A DNA stretch of 64,000 nt from Paraspadella gotoi (lineage: Eukaryota > Animalia > Chaetognatha). Where the stretch lies: positions 26,354,851 to 26,418,850 of the forward strand of contig CM119266.1 of NCBI GenBank assembly GCA_051294375.1, written 5' to 3'. Positions within the stretch are counted from its first letter, which is position 1, and every line of letters begins with the position of its first letter. A program made the translations under genes and the position numbers. Of the stretch, positions 37,561-49,900 are shown in pieces. The notes under the pieces were generated by a model that worked only from the letters and a program-made list of their open reading frames with translations, was not told the origin of the DNA and searched no databases.

Positions 37561-39719
37561 CCCCATACTAATCTTCACATTCGATCGTTTTCGTATCCGA
37601 CAAAAATGGAGTTTCTCTTATCGTGGGAAACGCGGTGCAATATAATTAAGTCCCCCCCCTCCCGAGGTTTAATTTTTTTTCATATTGATTTTTAATATCG
37701 CCCAAGACTGACGAAACCAAGAAACTTTAAAATCACTGCGAAAAAATGTTATTTCAACGACTATGGAATATGAACGATAATGTAGTGAAGGAAAAAAAAT
37801 CAACTCTGTCGGACGATGGCGCGGCGGGACGGCTTTCGAAGAAAACCAGTCTCACGCACTTATTCGCCCGTTTTACGTCGCTGCGGGTGAAATACGCCCC
37901 AGCTATTATTTCCCCTCTCCACTTCGACGTTTTTATTTTTAGTTTTTAAAATTTTTAGTTTTTCTCGTTTTTTGTTTCGCCTATCGCGGCCTCAAGTGGT
38001 GCCTACTTGTGAATTGCCTACGTTTATGTATTAATTAAATTTTATTGTTGGCCGATCGATCCACTGTGTACGCGTAGAAAAAAAATCGTTCCTCCTCGAA
38101 TTTTGTAAGATTGTAAGCTTCTACCGTTTCTCTTCGCGGAATTGTCGACCACAATTACTGTTATTTTAAAGTTTTTATTTTTGGGGAAAGAAACCACTGA
38201 TTAGATATTGCTATCTTTTTCTACAGAAAAATAAGTGAAATAAAGAAAGGGCGGTAGTTTTATAAATGGGAAGAAGCAAGCGTTAAATTGGTCAAAACGT
38301 TATTTTTAAAAACTTCCTTTTTCTCACAAAAAGCATGTTCTTTCCTTGCCCATTTCCCCCAACCCAAATTTCTCCCCTCTATTTGTTCATCCAGTTTTGT
38401 TCCTGCACTTTTACATGTATATCTTACGTGTAAAACTTGTCCCCTCGTAAAAATTACAGAAACTGGGTTTTCTCATTTTTTGACCGTTTATATACTAAAA
38501 TGTTAGCGATAATAGAAAATGATTAGTTATCTTGCTAAACTCAGCTAATTAGCTATAGAGGGCTTTCAAATTTTTTTGATGAAGATTATGAATATCAATA
38601 CAGGGACTTCAACTGGACCGATACCAAAACACTTGTTATAAAAATAATATACAGTGAAAGAATCATTTAATCATTTATCCTTGAAATTGGGTGAGGACAG
38701 TTATTAAATATGTTATCAAAACAAACAAATTCCCTCTATTATTTTTATGTCTCCTTCTCTCTCTCTTTTGTCTTTTAATTATATGTAGCTCTCTCTCTTT
38801 CTTTTCTCAAGGCTGATTCATCGGGAAAAAACGAGTCTGCAGCTGGCTCTGCAGGGGCTTTCTTTTTTTTTTCTTTTTTCTCCTGCTGCCTTTTGATTTT
38901 TTTTCTGGCTGCCTCTGCTGCTGCCGCTGCCGCTGCTGATTCGTCCGAAAACGATTTGGCTTCTCTCTCTCTCTCTCTCTCTGCGTTTTTGTTACAAAAA
39001 AAATTTAATTAGGATTGAACTCGTAAAATTAGGCATCGCATTCGTGCATGTAATCATTTTGCTATCGCAACATCGGGTTTTTATTTCGTTCTTTCTTCTC
39101 GTCACTCTTTATTTTTATTTTTTATCTTTCTTTCCTTTCTATTCTTTCTTTCCTTTCTATTCTTTCTTTCCTTTCTATATATTTATTCTTTTCTTCTTTT
39201 TTTTTCTGTTTATAAATTAATTTTCCTTTCTCAAATTTGATTTTTTTTTAGTATCAGATTTTTCTTTTGCAATTGCGACGATCCTATTGCTTTTAAAATT
39301 TTTTATAAGTATAAAATTTTTTTCTAATAATTTGATTAGGGGAGTCCCGGGTAATTCGGAACACTGAAATATAAAATAAAATAAAAGAATTGTTTAACGA
39401 TATTTAATAATTTTTTTGTTGCATTCACTAACTTGACTTTCCATTATTAAAATTTCAGCATTCATTTCAAAGCTGCGAGTTTCGTCTTTGAGTGATTGAA
39501 CTGTCTTTGAGTAGTCGTTTTCAAGCCTCATATTTGACGTAATATGATTATCGAATATTAATATATGATAGACGAGACTACTAATTTTCAGTTATTTAAT
39601 AGATTATTTATTATTATTCAATTTTATATAGCTTCCGTTTGAACACCTGTAAAGTAAGTATTCTGTGTTACCTCATATGCTTTTCATAACGTGTTAGTAA
39701 TAATTTACTAAGTACTGAT

Positions 39720-42183
39720 CAGAGATGTGGAAGCGTCGATTTTTCCGCCGCTGCCAATCCGGCGCTTCCAAGACCCTCACCGCTCCCGTTTTCGGGTGCA
39801 ATCCTTACTTTTTTAGCCCGGATCGCTTTCGGTTTTGAGTGCACATCGCTTCCTTTCTTTAGAAATTTTACATTTGTTATTATTTATAAAAATACTCTTT
39901 TTAGACATGTAATTCATTGGTAAAATAATTTTAAACAATCTTTTTTGGTAACAAATAACAAGTAAAATTTTTACTATGAAAAATTGTAAGATTTGTAAGA
40001 TTGTAAGAATCGTTCGAGTGGAAATGAGTTTAAATGAAAAAAAAACAAAAAACCTTTTTCCCTATTTGCTTTTTTCTTTTTTATTAAATATAATATAAGC
40101 TGCATAGTTATTCAATTAATCAATTAATTAATCAATCAATTAATTAACTAAACACTAATCAATCAAAATTACTTAAAAAATAATGAATCAATTTTTTTAT
40201 CAATCAATCAATTAAATAAATAAATTATCAATCAACTAATTAATAAATTTATTTATCAATAAAATTATTAAAGAACCAATTAATTAATTAATCAATTAAT
40301 TAATCAATCAATTAAACAATGTCAGTATTATCATTGTCATCTCCAACATCGTTTTTGCTTTTGTCCTGGTCAGTGACCTGACAAAAAGACCTAAAAATTA
40401 ACAGGCCTGATATGAATTTATTTATTTGATCAATCAATCATTCAATTAATCATAATGGTGCTATCCTGTTGTCATCATAATCATCATCAGGGTAGTCATT
40501 TCTTTTGTCATAATGAAAAGACAAAAAAAACAAACAAGTTTGAGCTAACAATTGTCAGAACTGATCAGTTAATTAATTATTCAATCAATTAATCAAATAT
40601 TCAATCAATCAATCAAAAAATTAAGCAATCAATCAATTTGTCATTGTCGGTATTATCATTGTCGTGGTTGCCATCATTAATTATTTAATTAATTAAACTC
40701 CTTTATCTTTGTTGGACATTGCAAAAATGTATCTTTATTATTATTTTATCCCTGTTGTTTTGTTTCTCTCTCTCACTCTCTCTCTCTCTCTTTAACAAGT
40801 TCCTTCTTTTCACAACTCACTCAATCTCCCTTACCTTCAACCTGTCCTCACATCTGACCACTATTCTGTCTCACCACTTTGTTGGAAAAACTTTTACCCT
40901 CTCTCTCTCTCACACTCTTCGTTTACACAAATTTATTATTGAATGTCATATGCTGATGAAGGCTTGAAGTAAACAAACCGAAACATGTCCAACTATTAAT
41001 TAAAAATCGTTGTTACAAATTCAAAATTCTTTGCTTTCTCTAAATTAATTAATTGAAATATTTTTATAATGTTTGCGGTGACTCAAAACAAAAATTTTTT
41101 AAAAAATTTGAGGCGTGTTTTTGTGATAAAGAAAACCTGGTATTGTCAAAAACAGTAAAAAAGTAAAAATGATAAAAATAATAACAACAACAACTAGTAT
41201 TTACATTGGCTGAGAAAAAGGTCATCCATAACAAGATTGGGTAAAAATAGGTCATTCTTATTGACCACTACTGTACTACGGCTCACAAAGTACAAGTATT
41301 ATTTTAATTAATTAATATGTAATTAATTAAATAATTTATTTTTATTCAATTAATTAATCAATTAATTACCGCTAATGATCGTGGGCAGATCCGGCATTGT
41401 TTGCTCAAACTTGTTTATTAATAATTTTGATTTATTTATTTTATATATTTTTTTATTGCTTTTTTGTTCAGTGCAAGAGGGGAAGAAAGAAAGAAGATAG
41501 AGAGTGTGTTGTTAGAGATTTAAGTATGTATAAGCATAATATTATGCAATATTGCAATAAAACAGATCAATCCTTTTGGTTTAAACTTGTTGTTGTAACA
41601 TGAAAAACGTTATGGATTTTAAAAAAAAAAGACTTAAATTTAAAAGAAAAAATAATAAAATATAAGAAAATAAATTTTTAATTTATATGAATTAAAAAAG
41701 TTTAATTTAAAATTATAATTTACTTAATTACGTTTTTTTCAGATAGAAAAAATCTTTTTTTCAGCTCAGATTTTATTTAAATATATTAAAAAGAATAATT
41801 AAAAAAATAAATATGTAAATTTTTCATAGATTTTCGACCAAAGAGGAAAAAAGAATAAAAGAAAAAAAATAAAAGAAGAGAATAAGAAAAATTGAATAAA
41901 AAAATTAGGAGCAAACTATTTTAAATGTTGAAAATAAATATTAAAAATAAATTTTTAAAGAAAAATCAAGAAAGAGCAGGGGGTTGCAAAGATTTTAATA
42001 CATTAAATACCTTTCTTTCTAACCAATAAAAACAAATGACCAGGAAGCGAACACGCAGGGTTATTATAGCTTCCGGGTTCAATCCTTTCTCAATTTTTCT
42101 ATCGCTCCCGGTTTCGGGTTCTTCAAAAATCGGCCGCTTCCACAGTGTTCGCTTACGCTTTCCAGATCGCGTCCACATCTCTG
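39720..42183. mobile_element. hAT-like non-autonomous element carrying nested family A and pseudo-LTR insertions
   Basis: TIR CAGAGATGTGGA...TCCACATCTCTG, perfect 8-bp TSD gtactgat (39712-39719, 42184-42191) and subterminal cgcttcc-type repeats. Confidence 0.85.
40951..40991 (+). ncRNA. Minimal hammerhead ribozyme motif in pLTR fragment (~40690-41040)
   Basis: tg-CTGATGA-a-ggcttg[aagtaaa]caaacc-GAAACATGTC-ca. Confidence 0.65.
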
Positions 42184-43846
42184 GTACTGATAACAGTTAG
42201 CAACATTTGTTAAAAGTTTTTTTGTATCACTCCAGATTGAAGTCCCTATATTGAAAATTATTATGTACGTATTTTTGAAAAAAAATTTTTCTTAGGACAA
42301 AATTTTATCCCAGCTGCAAAAAAAAATGTCATTAAGAATTATCTCCTATATGTATTTACTGCGCAAAAAGATTGCTTAGATTAGGGAATGGAACAATCCT
42401 GAACATGGCCTGATGCAAAGGTTTCCACATAGAACAATCCATCTGACGCACAATTATGACGTCATGCGTGTTAGTCTTAAGGATGAAGTTCACCATTTCC
42501 TGCTGACGTCAGCTTTTGCGACGCAATTTGAAAAAAAAAAATCACTAATAATTATTTAATATTAATCTATTTCATTTATACAATTCCTTATTATATTAAA
42601 TTCATTCATTTTTTTTCTTTCTCTCGTTCACTCTCTCATTCTAACATACTTTTTCTTGCATCAAAGTTGGTTATTCGTCTTTCGCGTTTTATTCATAATA
42701 AGTACTTTTAGGATTTTTTTTTTAAATTCGGAGAATACGCAATTTAACTTGTTTCGTCCTTGACTTATTTCCCCAGGGCCCGGCCGGCTAACAGGGATGG
42801 GCCGCGTCTCGACCGGTATTTTAAATTGATTCGATGGGGGGACGCGAAAAAAGACGCCAATCTAACTTTCCCGCCCTTTTTTCATTGGGCTTCCACCACG
42901 AAATCCCTTAGCCCTCTTGAACACATGCTCTAGTATCTCTCGTTTATTTACTTATCCCCTCGATCATCGTGACATTAAAGTGAGAAGTGTTAAAAATGAA
43001 AGAATCTCCTCTCCCCGAGGACGAAGCACTCGTCATCATCGCCGCCAGTTGGAAGTCTCGAGGACATTCCTCTCCCCGAAAGCTCGTGTCTTTGCCCAAA
43101 AGAAAAGATTAGCTACTTAGCGGTTTTTCCCACGGAAAATGCAGAGAACTCCACTCGAGGATCGCCTCGGCTTCCGCCATTTAATTCCGTTCGTGTTTAC
43201 CGTTGACCTGGACCAATGAAAAGCTCGGAGGGACTCTCGCACCAAATTGGCTCGGACCAATCAGAAGACTCAAAAAGATCGGACCACTTTTTTTTTTCGC
43301 TCGGAAACAAGACGAACGAGCGAACGCGGATCACGCCACTTCTAAAGCTTCCACTACGGTTTTTGCTGTGATAAAATTTATACGCGAAGCAAAAAGTTGT
43401 TAACCTCCCTATTTTGGCTTTGTCCGTAATTTTCTTAGCCGTGACTTCTTGTGTGCATTTAGTTGAAAGGATTTCCAAAAATTCCTCAACCAGCGTTCCA
43501 ACTTTTTTGAGACATCATAACCGTTTTCATCCGGGAGGGCATCGGACGATGTCCTCCCTCGCTTTCGAGGTTTATCATTCCATGTTTTACGTTTCTCGTT
43601 CGAGAAATTTTGTCTACTCTTAGTCAATTCTGTTAACGTGGCGTCCACAATACATAAGATATTAATTAATAATTGTGAATAGCAATCTTGGTAACTAATT
43701 TTTTTTGGATTTTCTGGCGCAGATATTTCTATATTTAAACTAACTGCACCCGAAGGAATAACTGTAATCGCTGAGACTATTTTTCAAGGCTTCCCCCTCC
43801 CCTCGTCTTGCCTTTTCTTTAATTTTTGCTCTTCGACTCCGAAGTC

Positions 43847-45805
43847 ATGAAATCATCGCCGTACCACCCCGTTCCCGCGGTGGAGACTCCGTCTCCGCCG
43901 GAAATCGACGTAACCGACTTGGCGCCTCCCTTTCGCAAAGCCACCCCGGGCAAATTCATCGACTGCCTCGTCCTTTCGGACGGCGCCAACGTACGGTTCC
44001 CTTTTCTACCCTCCGGCTACCACGCCGCCACTGACCGCGCCAACATGCAGCTTGCGGACGGCATCGTCGGATCCCTCCCTTTTAACGACGAAACTCTCAT
44101 CGTTGATCCCGAAACTGGCGCAATCGTTCCTCTAGTCACGGCGGCGGAAATCGGCGCCATAACGACGACGCGCCTCCCTCTTCCGCCTCTGCGGAAGCAA
44201 ATACACGGGGGAAGCGAATCCTCCAACTTTTCATACTCGAACGGGTCGTCGAACTCAACGATAGACCAACCAGTGAACGCGCTGACGGCGCGCAAGCTAA
44301 TCGTCGTCTTCCTTCTTTTCTTCGTTAACTTGCTCAACTACGTGGACCGTTACACCATCGCCGGCGTCCTTGAGGACGTGATGGCCTTCTACCAGATCGG
44401 CAAGAGCCTCGGCGGGCTCATTCAGACGGTCTTCATCGTAGCTTACATGCTTTTCGCCCCTTTTTTCGGCTACCTCGGCGACCGATATAACCGCGTAGTC
44501 ATTTTGGTCTTCGGTATCGGGTTCTGGTCGCTCACGACGCTCCTTGGTTCCTTCGTTCCGGCGGGATACTTCTGGATTTTCGCGCTTCTTCGCGGCGCCG
44601 TCGGCGTCGGCGAGGCATCGTACTCGACCGTTGCTCCGACGCTCATTGCAGATCTCTTTTCTGGCAAATTGCGTACGACCATGTTGACCCTTTTCTACTT
44701 TGCCATCCCCGTCGGCAGCGGTCTTGGTTACATCGTCGGATCCCACGTCCGGGATGCCTTTGGACACTGGCAATGGGCGTTACGGGTCACGCCCACACTT
44801 GGCGCCCTCAGCGTGGCGCTGTTGATGGCCTTTGTTCGAGAACCATCTCGGGGCGCGTCTGACGGTGGTCACGCTCAGCACGCTTCGTCCTCCTGGCTTA
44901 AAGATCTCAAGGCACTCGCCCGCAACAAGTCGTTCACCCTCTCGACAGGAGGTTTCACCGCTGTTTGCTTTGTCTCGGGCGCCCTCGCCCACTGGACGCC
45001 CTACTTGACCAAACTAGCCTACGACGTTCGTGGCGAGCACGCCGGCGACGTGGCGCTCATCTTCGGCGGCATCACCGTCGCCGCAGGAATCGGTGGCGTC
45101 ATCAGCGGCAGCGTCTTTTCGCGCGTTTGGAAGGCGCACGGTCGAGAATCGGCCGACGCTCTTGTGTGCGCCATCGGCCTGCTGCTCTGCGCCCCTTTTC
45201 TCCTCGCGGTCATCCTGACGTCGCTGGGCCACGCCGCCGTCTTTTGGGTCCTCGTCTTCGTCGCCGAATTCTTCCTCTGCCTCAATTGGGCGGTCGTTGC
45301 AGACATCCTTTTCTACGTTGTTGTGCCGACCCGAAGGTCGACGGCAGAGGCATTTCAGATCCTCATCTCGCACCTGTTTGGCGACGCGGGTTCGCCTTAC
45401 CTGGTCGGTTTGGTGGCGGACGCTATTGGCTCGGGCGAGGAGACTCCTCTCGCCATGTTTCAACCTCTCAAGCAGTCACTCTACATGACGGTGATCGTCT
45501 GCGGTATCGGGGGCTTCCTCTTTCTCCTATGCGCCTCGTACATCGTCGGTGACAAACGACGCGCCGAGCGAATGACCAAGCTAAACGAGTTGGGCGTCAT
45601 GGAGGAGGCGGAGGCGCAAACCAGCGACGCCGCCCTCGACAAAAACTTTCCCGTCGACGTCGTCGTCACTGACGTGGGTCGGAGCAAGGACTTGCTGCTG
45701 CCGCCCAAGCAAGACCGGATGGCGGAGCTGAGAAACGATTCCCAGTGCTCCACTGCCACGGCAAACAGCGTTGATTCTGTTGGAACAGAAAACTCTCAAT
45801 TCTGA
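43847..45805 (+). CDS. SPNS1: Spinster-family MFS lysosomal lysophospholipid transporter, intronless CDS
   Basis: Single ORF from the first ATG at 43847. Motifs NLLNYVDRYTIAGVL, GYLGDRYNR, GVGEASYSTVAPTLIADLF, FYFAIPVGSGLGYIVG and ISHLFGDAGSPYLVG, with about 12 TM segments. Confidence 0.95.
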   Translation: MKSSPYHPVPAVETPSPPEIDVTDLAPPFRKATPGKFIDCLVLSDGANVRFPFLPSGYHAATDRANMQLADGIVGSLPFNDETLIVDPETGAIVPLVTAAEIGAITTTRLPLPPLRKQIHGGSESSNFSYSNGSSNSTIDQPVNALTARKLIVVFLLFFVNLLNYVDRYTIAGVLEDVMAFYQIGKSLGGLIQTVFIVAYMLFAPFFGYLGDRYNRVVILVFGIGFWSLTTLLGSFVPAGYFWIFALLRGAVGVGEASYSTVAPTLIADLFSGKLRTTMLTLFYFAIPVGSGLGYIVGSHVRDAFGHWQWALRVTPTLGALSVALLMAFVREPSRGASDGGHAQHASSSWLKDLKALARNKSFTLSTGGFTAVCFVSGALAHWTPYLTKLAYDVRGEHAGDVALIFGGITVAAGIGGVISGSVFSRVWKAHGRESADALVCAIGLLLCAPFLLAVILTSLGHAAVFWVLVFVAEFFLCLNWAVVADILFYVVVPTRRSTAEAFQILISHLFGDAGSPYLVGLVADAIGSGEETPLAMFQPLKQSLYMTVIVCGIGGFLFLLCASYIVGDKRRAERMTKLNELGVMEEAEAQTSDAALDKNFPVDVVVTDVGRSKDLLLPPKQDRMAELRNDSQCSTATANSVDSVGTENSQF

Positions 45806-46951
45806 CCCGCATAAGGTTGCAAACCGAAAGATCGAGATTCTCTTTCATGATTAACGTCGAGCCAATAGCACGTGATATTTGTAATTGCGTTTTATTTTTC
45901 CCCACTTTTTTACTCATAACAATTTTTTATCCAAAAAAATTTAAAACAAATCATGTCTGCTAGTCTCAGAAATAGGAAAAATTAGATATTTTTTTAAAAT
46001 TTCGCTTTAAAGCTTAAGAGGTCATCATGACTATAAATTGATAGAATTTTATCCCGAATTTTAAAGTGTTAAAGTAAAACTATGCTAAAGCCTGATTCTC
46101 AACTACTGAACAGTAAAGAATCTTCTTTTATGATCACCTTTAAATATTTTTTGAAGAATTTTAGTTTTTTTCTGCTCAATTCAAAAAAATTATCTGTTAA
46201 CAATCTCTCGCCATTATCATTCTAACTTTGTCTCGCTCTTAGCGAAGTGTTTGTGCCAAACTTTGTTTTTCAAAAAATAGTTAATTTATAAAAAAAAATG
46301 TAAAATTCGAAAGAGTTGGGTATTTCTAAGACTAATTTACCATACATATAAGATTTTTTATAATAAGAGTATGAACCTCCTCTGCAACTTATAATTTATA
46401 TTTGTAGTACTCTTATTCTGTTGCACTATAAGAAACTTTATTCGCTTTCCTTTTTATTTTTGTTATTATTTCATAATACTTTTCTTTCTTATCAATGTTA
46501 GTCAATAAAAATAAATCGTTTTTGAACTATAATACGATTCTAATAGCACAATTCTTTTTTGCTGTGAATTCCCATTAAGATATATATCGATCCCTTTTTG
46601 TGTTTCCAATTCTTACCTTTTTTCTTTTGTTAAAATAGGAATAACCGAAACTCTATCAATGACAAACCATTTGAAACACCAAACCTCTGAACTTCTCATT
46701 AATCAAGAATCATTTTGTAATCGATCTCGAAGTCACTATAATTATAAATATCCGCGCTTCTTAGACGCGCTTCTACCTCAAGTCAAATAATATTCGCGTT
46801 TTCTCATTCCGAGTCAGTTTTTGTGGATTCCGTGATAATTCACATTCCATTCGCCGTCAGAATAAATAAATATAATTAAATTATCCTACGGTTTTTTTCG
46901 ATCACCGTCAAAATTTTACTTCTAGCACACAATCCCGCCGTCCTTAATAGG

Positions 46952-49900
46952 ATGGATCGCGCCGACGTGAAGGTAGGAGGAAACTTTGTGGTCCAAGTCT
47001 GACTCGTGTACGCGTAAACGTTGACACATCTCTAATCTCTTCTCACCAATTTTACTATGTAGGATGATTATAGTGTCGCCCAGGTCGACTTGAAACGCTC
47101 GTCTACTTCAAAGATGAAAGTCAATGGGAAAACCTACCACGTCGCTCAAGATTCCTTGAAGCGTCAATCTATTCAAGAAGTACGTTGCCTCAACGATTTC
47201 ACCCAACTAAACTTGTTGAAATTATCTCTTAACGTCGACTTTCTTATCAGGCTGACGGATCCCGCGTCTCAAGTCTTTGTCCCGACGGAGAATTGACCAC
47301 GAAGCCCTTCGGCGAATGCAGCACGCTCACCGAATGTTTTCTCCGCGGTCTTCGTCTCTCGGAGGCCGACGGAATCTCTGGTCGCTGTCTCGGATGGCGC
47401 CCGGGTCCAGATCAGCCGTACAAATGGTTATCTTATCGCGAAGTGTACCAAAGAGCCAAAAATTTCGGCGCGGGTAAACTCTTTGCTTGGATTGGTCATT
47501 AGAGTGATGTGAAAATGATAAAATTTTAGAAAATTAAAATTTAGCATATAAAACATGAACATAAAATCCATTAAAAATACTTCAGTAAATTTATTTTTTA
47601 ATTTTATACATTAGTGGGCACCAGTGAGCTATATTTATATATAGTAATAAGTATATAATAGGCTAAAATTTTAAAATACAAATTTTTTAATTTTTAGATC
47701 GGATTTGGATTCCTTGCAAAAAGTTAATACAAGAGAAGAAAATATAATTCTTTTTTAAAAAATCTTTCATTAAGTTAGTCAAAAATGTAAAAAACTATAT
47801 TTAAGATACTGATTTTTAATTTCCAGCTTAAAAATATAGTTTTTTGTAATTTTAACCTACTTAATGACATAATTTTTGAAAAATATTTATATTTTCTTTT
47901 ATCAACTTTTAACGAGGAATCTGAATCTGTCCTCAGAATTCAAAAAAAAACATTTTTAAATTTTGACATTATATAAGGGTAGTACTATATACAAAATAAG
48001 CTGACGGGGCTACTATATTTGTAAAAAAAAAAAAATAATTACAGATTAGTATTCAATAATATGATAGTTTTCAAGATATAATTGCTAAATTTTAATTCCG
48101 AACTTTCACTTCACCCTATTGGTCATGTTTTGTCGAAATCTAACTGAAAGAGTATCTTCAACTCACATGTTCAAGATCGAATTTTTATAATTCTATAAAT
48201 CTAATAATTTATGGATACATATTTACAATAATAATAATAATAATATTTAAATATTTATAATAATTCTTTCAGGCTTGGTTCACAAAGGTTTGAACACAAT
48301 TTCAAAGCCTTTCTTGGGAATATATTCGCAAAACCGTTCTCAATGGATGATCGCGGCTGAAGGGGCGTGGATGAATTCTCTTGCAATCGTACCCCTTTAT
48401 GATACTCTTGGTCCGGAAGCTTGCGCTTATATCGTCAATCAGGTTCTTTTTGTTCCATTTAACTTCGCAACATTTAAGGATTGTGGTTGTCCGCGTCCGT
48501 TTGTTGTTCCTTCTCCCTATTAAGAAAAAGGGTCATTCAATTCAACTTTAAAATAGGCTAAAATGGAGTACAAATTCAGAAAGCTGAGCTCCTGGCGATT
48601 CCGAAAATGTATTCACTTTAAGCATTTGATGCATTCTACCCCATTTTATATCGGTTTTAATTATAATATAAAATAAAAGAAACCTATCTGAAGAGTTGCA
48701 GGTCAAACGAAAAGGCCAATCCACCTGATATTTTTTATGAATTTTTTATTACTGAATTAGAAAAATGTAATAGAGAGACATTTTTAAATTTCAACTTGTA
48801 TCCTTGAAAATGAAACGTTTTTAAACTTTAACCCTGAATTCTTTCTAACTGGAACGCGTTTATCAAAATGTCAAAATTTTTACAAATGTTTTTAAGATTG
48901 CTAATCAAATTTTTAATTCAATATTATTGCAGTCGTTTAGGCTGCAACTCTTCAAATTCAGTGTAGATTCATTGTAGCTCGAATTTCTTTACCATCTATT
49001 TAACTGAAGATTTTGTTCATGACTGGAAAACCAACAGAGTAACGAGATTAATTGCTTAATTCTCCCCTTCTAAATTATCCCATACCGTGTTTTAACTTCT
49101 TACCTAGAATTTTTTAACAACCAGATTAAAAAACAAATCTTTAGAAAATGTTTTTACCCATTTAACTTAACAATTTTGTTATTTACCCATTTAAAAAAAA
49201 TTATTGAAAACGGAATGTTTACATATAAATAAGAACTTATTTTTTTGTGATTACTGATGACTATAATGTATTTCTCGATATATTAGCTCTAACACATCAA
49301 TGATTACGTATTGTTATGCTGAATGACCTTTCCTCTTAAATCAGCTTCATAACTTTTTTCTGTTTTAATTTTTTAAACTGTTGCATTATCTTTTTTTTCG
49401 ATATCTTTCTGGTTTTCTTATTCTCGGCCGGAAGGTCTCTCTGTCTCATATTATATGATATTTTTTACTGAATTAAAAATAAATTATCGCCGGACGACAT
49501 ATGGCCACGACTTAGTAGCGAAATATGGCCACGACTTAGTAGCGAAATATATTCCGTATATCCGAATATTCCCAATATTACGAGGGTCTCTATTATTTTT
49601 CAAAGATTTTTTTTATCCTTTTTGTTTTTTTTATGGCGTTTTTGATGAAAGATGAAATTATTTTTTTCATATTTGGACTACTAGGCGGAACTTTGCACAG
49701 TATTATGTGACACAGCCGATCGGGCACGCCATCTGGTTTCTATTGCGAAGAAGGCCCAAGAAGAGAACGCCCCGCGACGGCTCCAACGCGTGATTCTGGT
49801 TGAGGAACCCGGGGCCAAGTTAATGGAAGAAGCTGAAGCTTGTCAAGTTCAAATCTGTTCTTTTGAAGAGGCAAGGAAGAGACGATCGCTTTTCTTATCA

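Noticed and set aside
44017-45917. Many overlapping antisense and alternate-frame ORFs over spinster
   Set aside because: Expected shadows of a GC-rich coding region.
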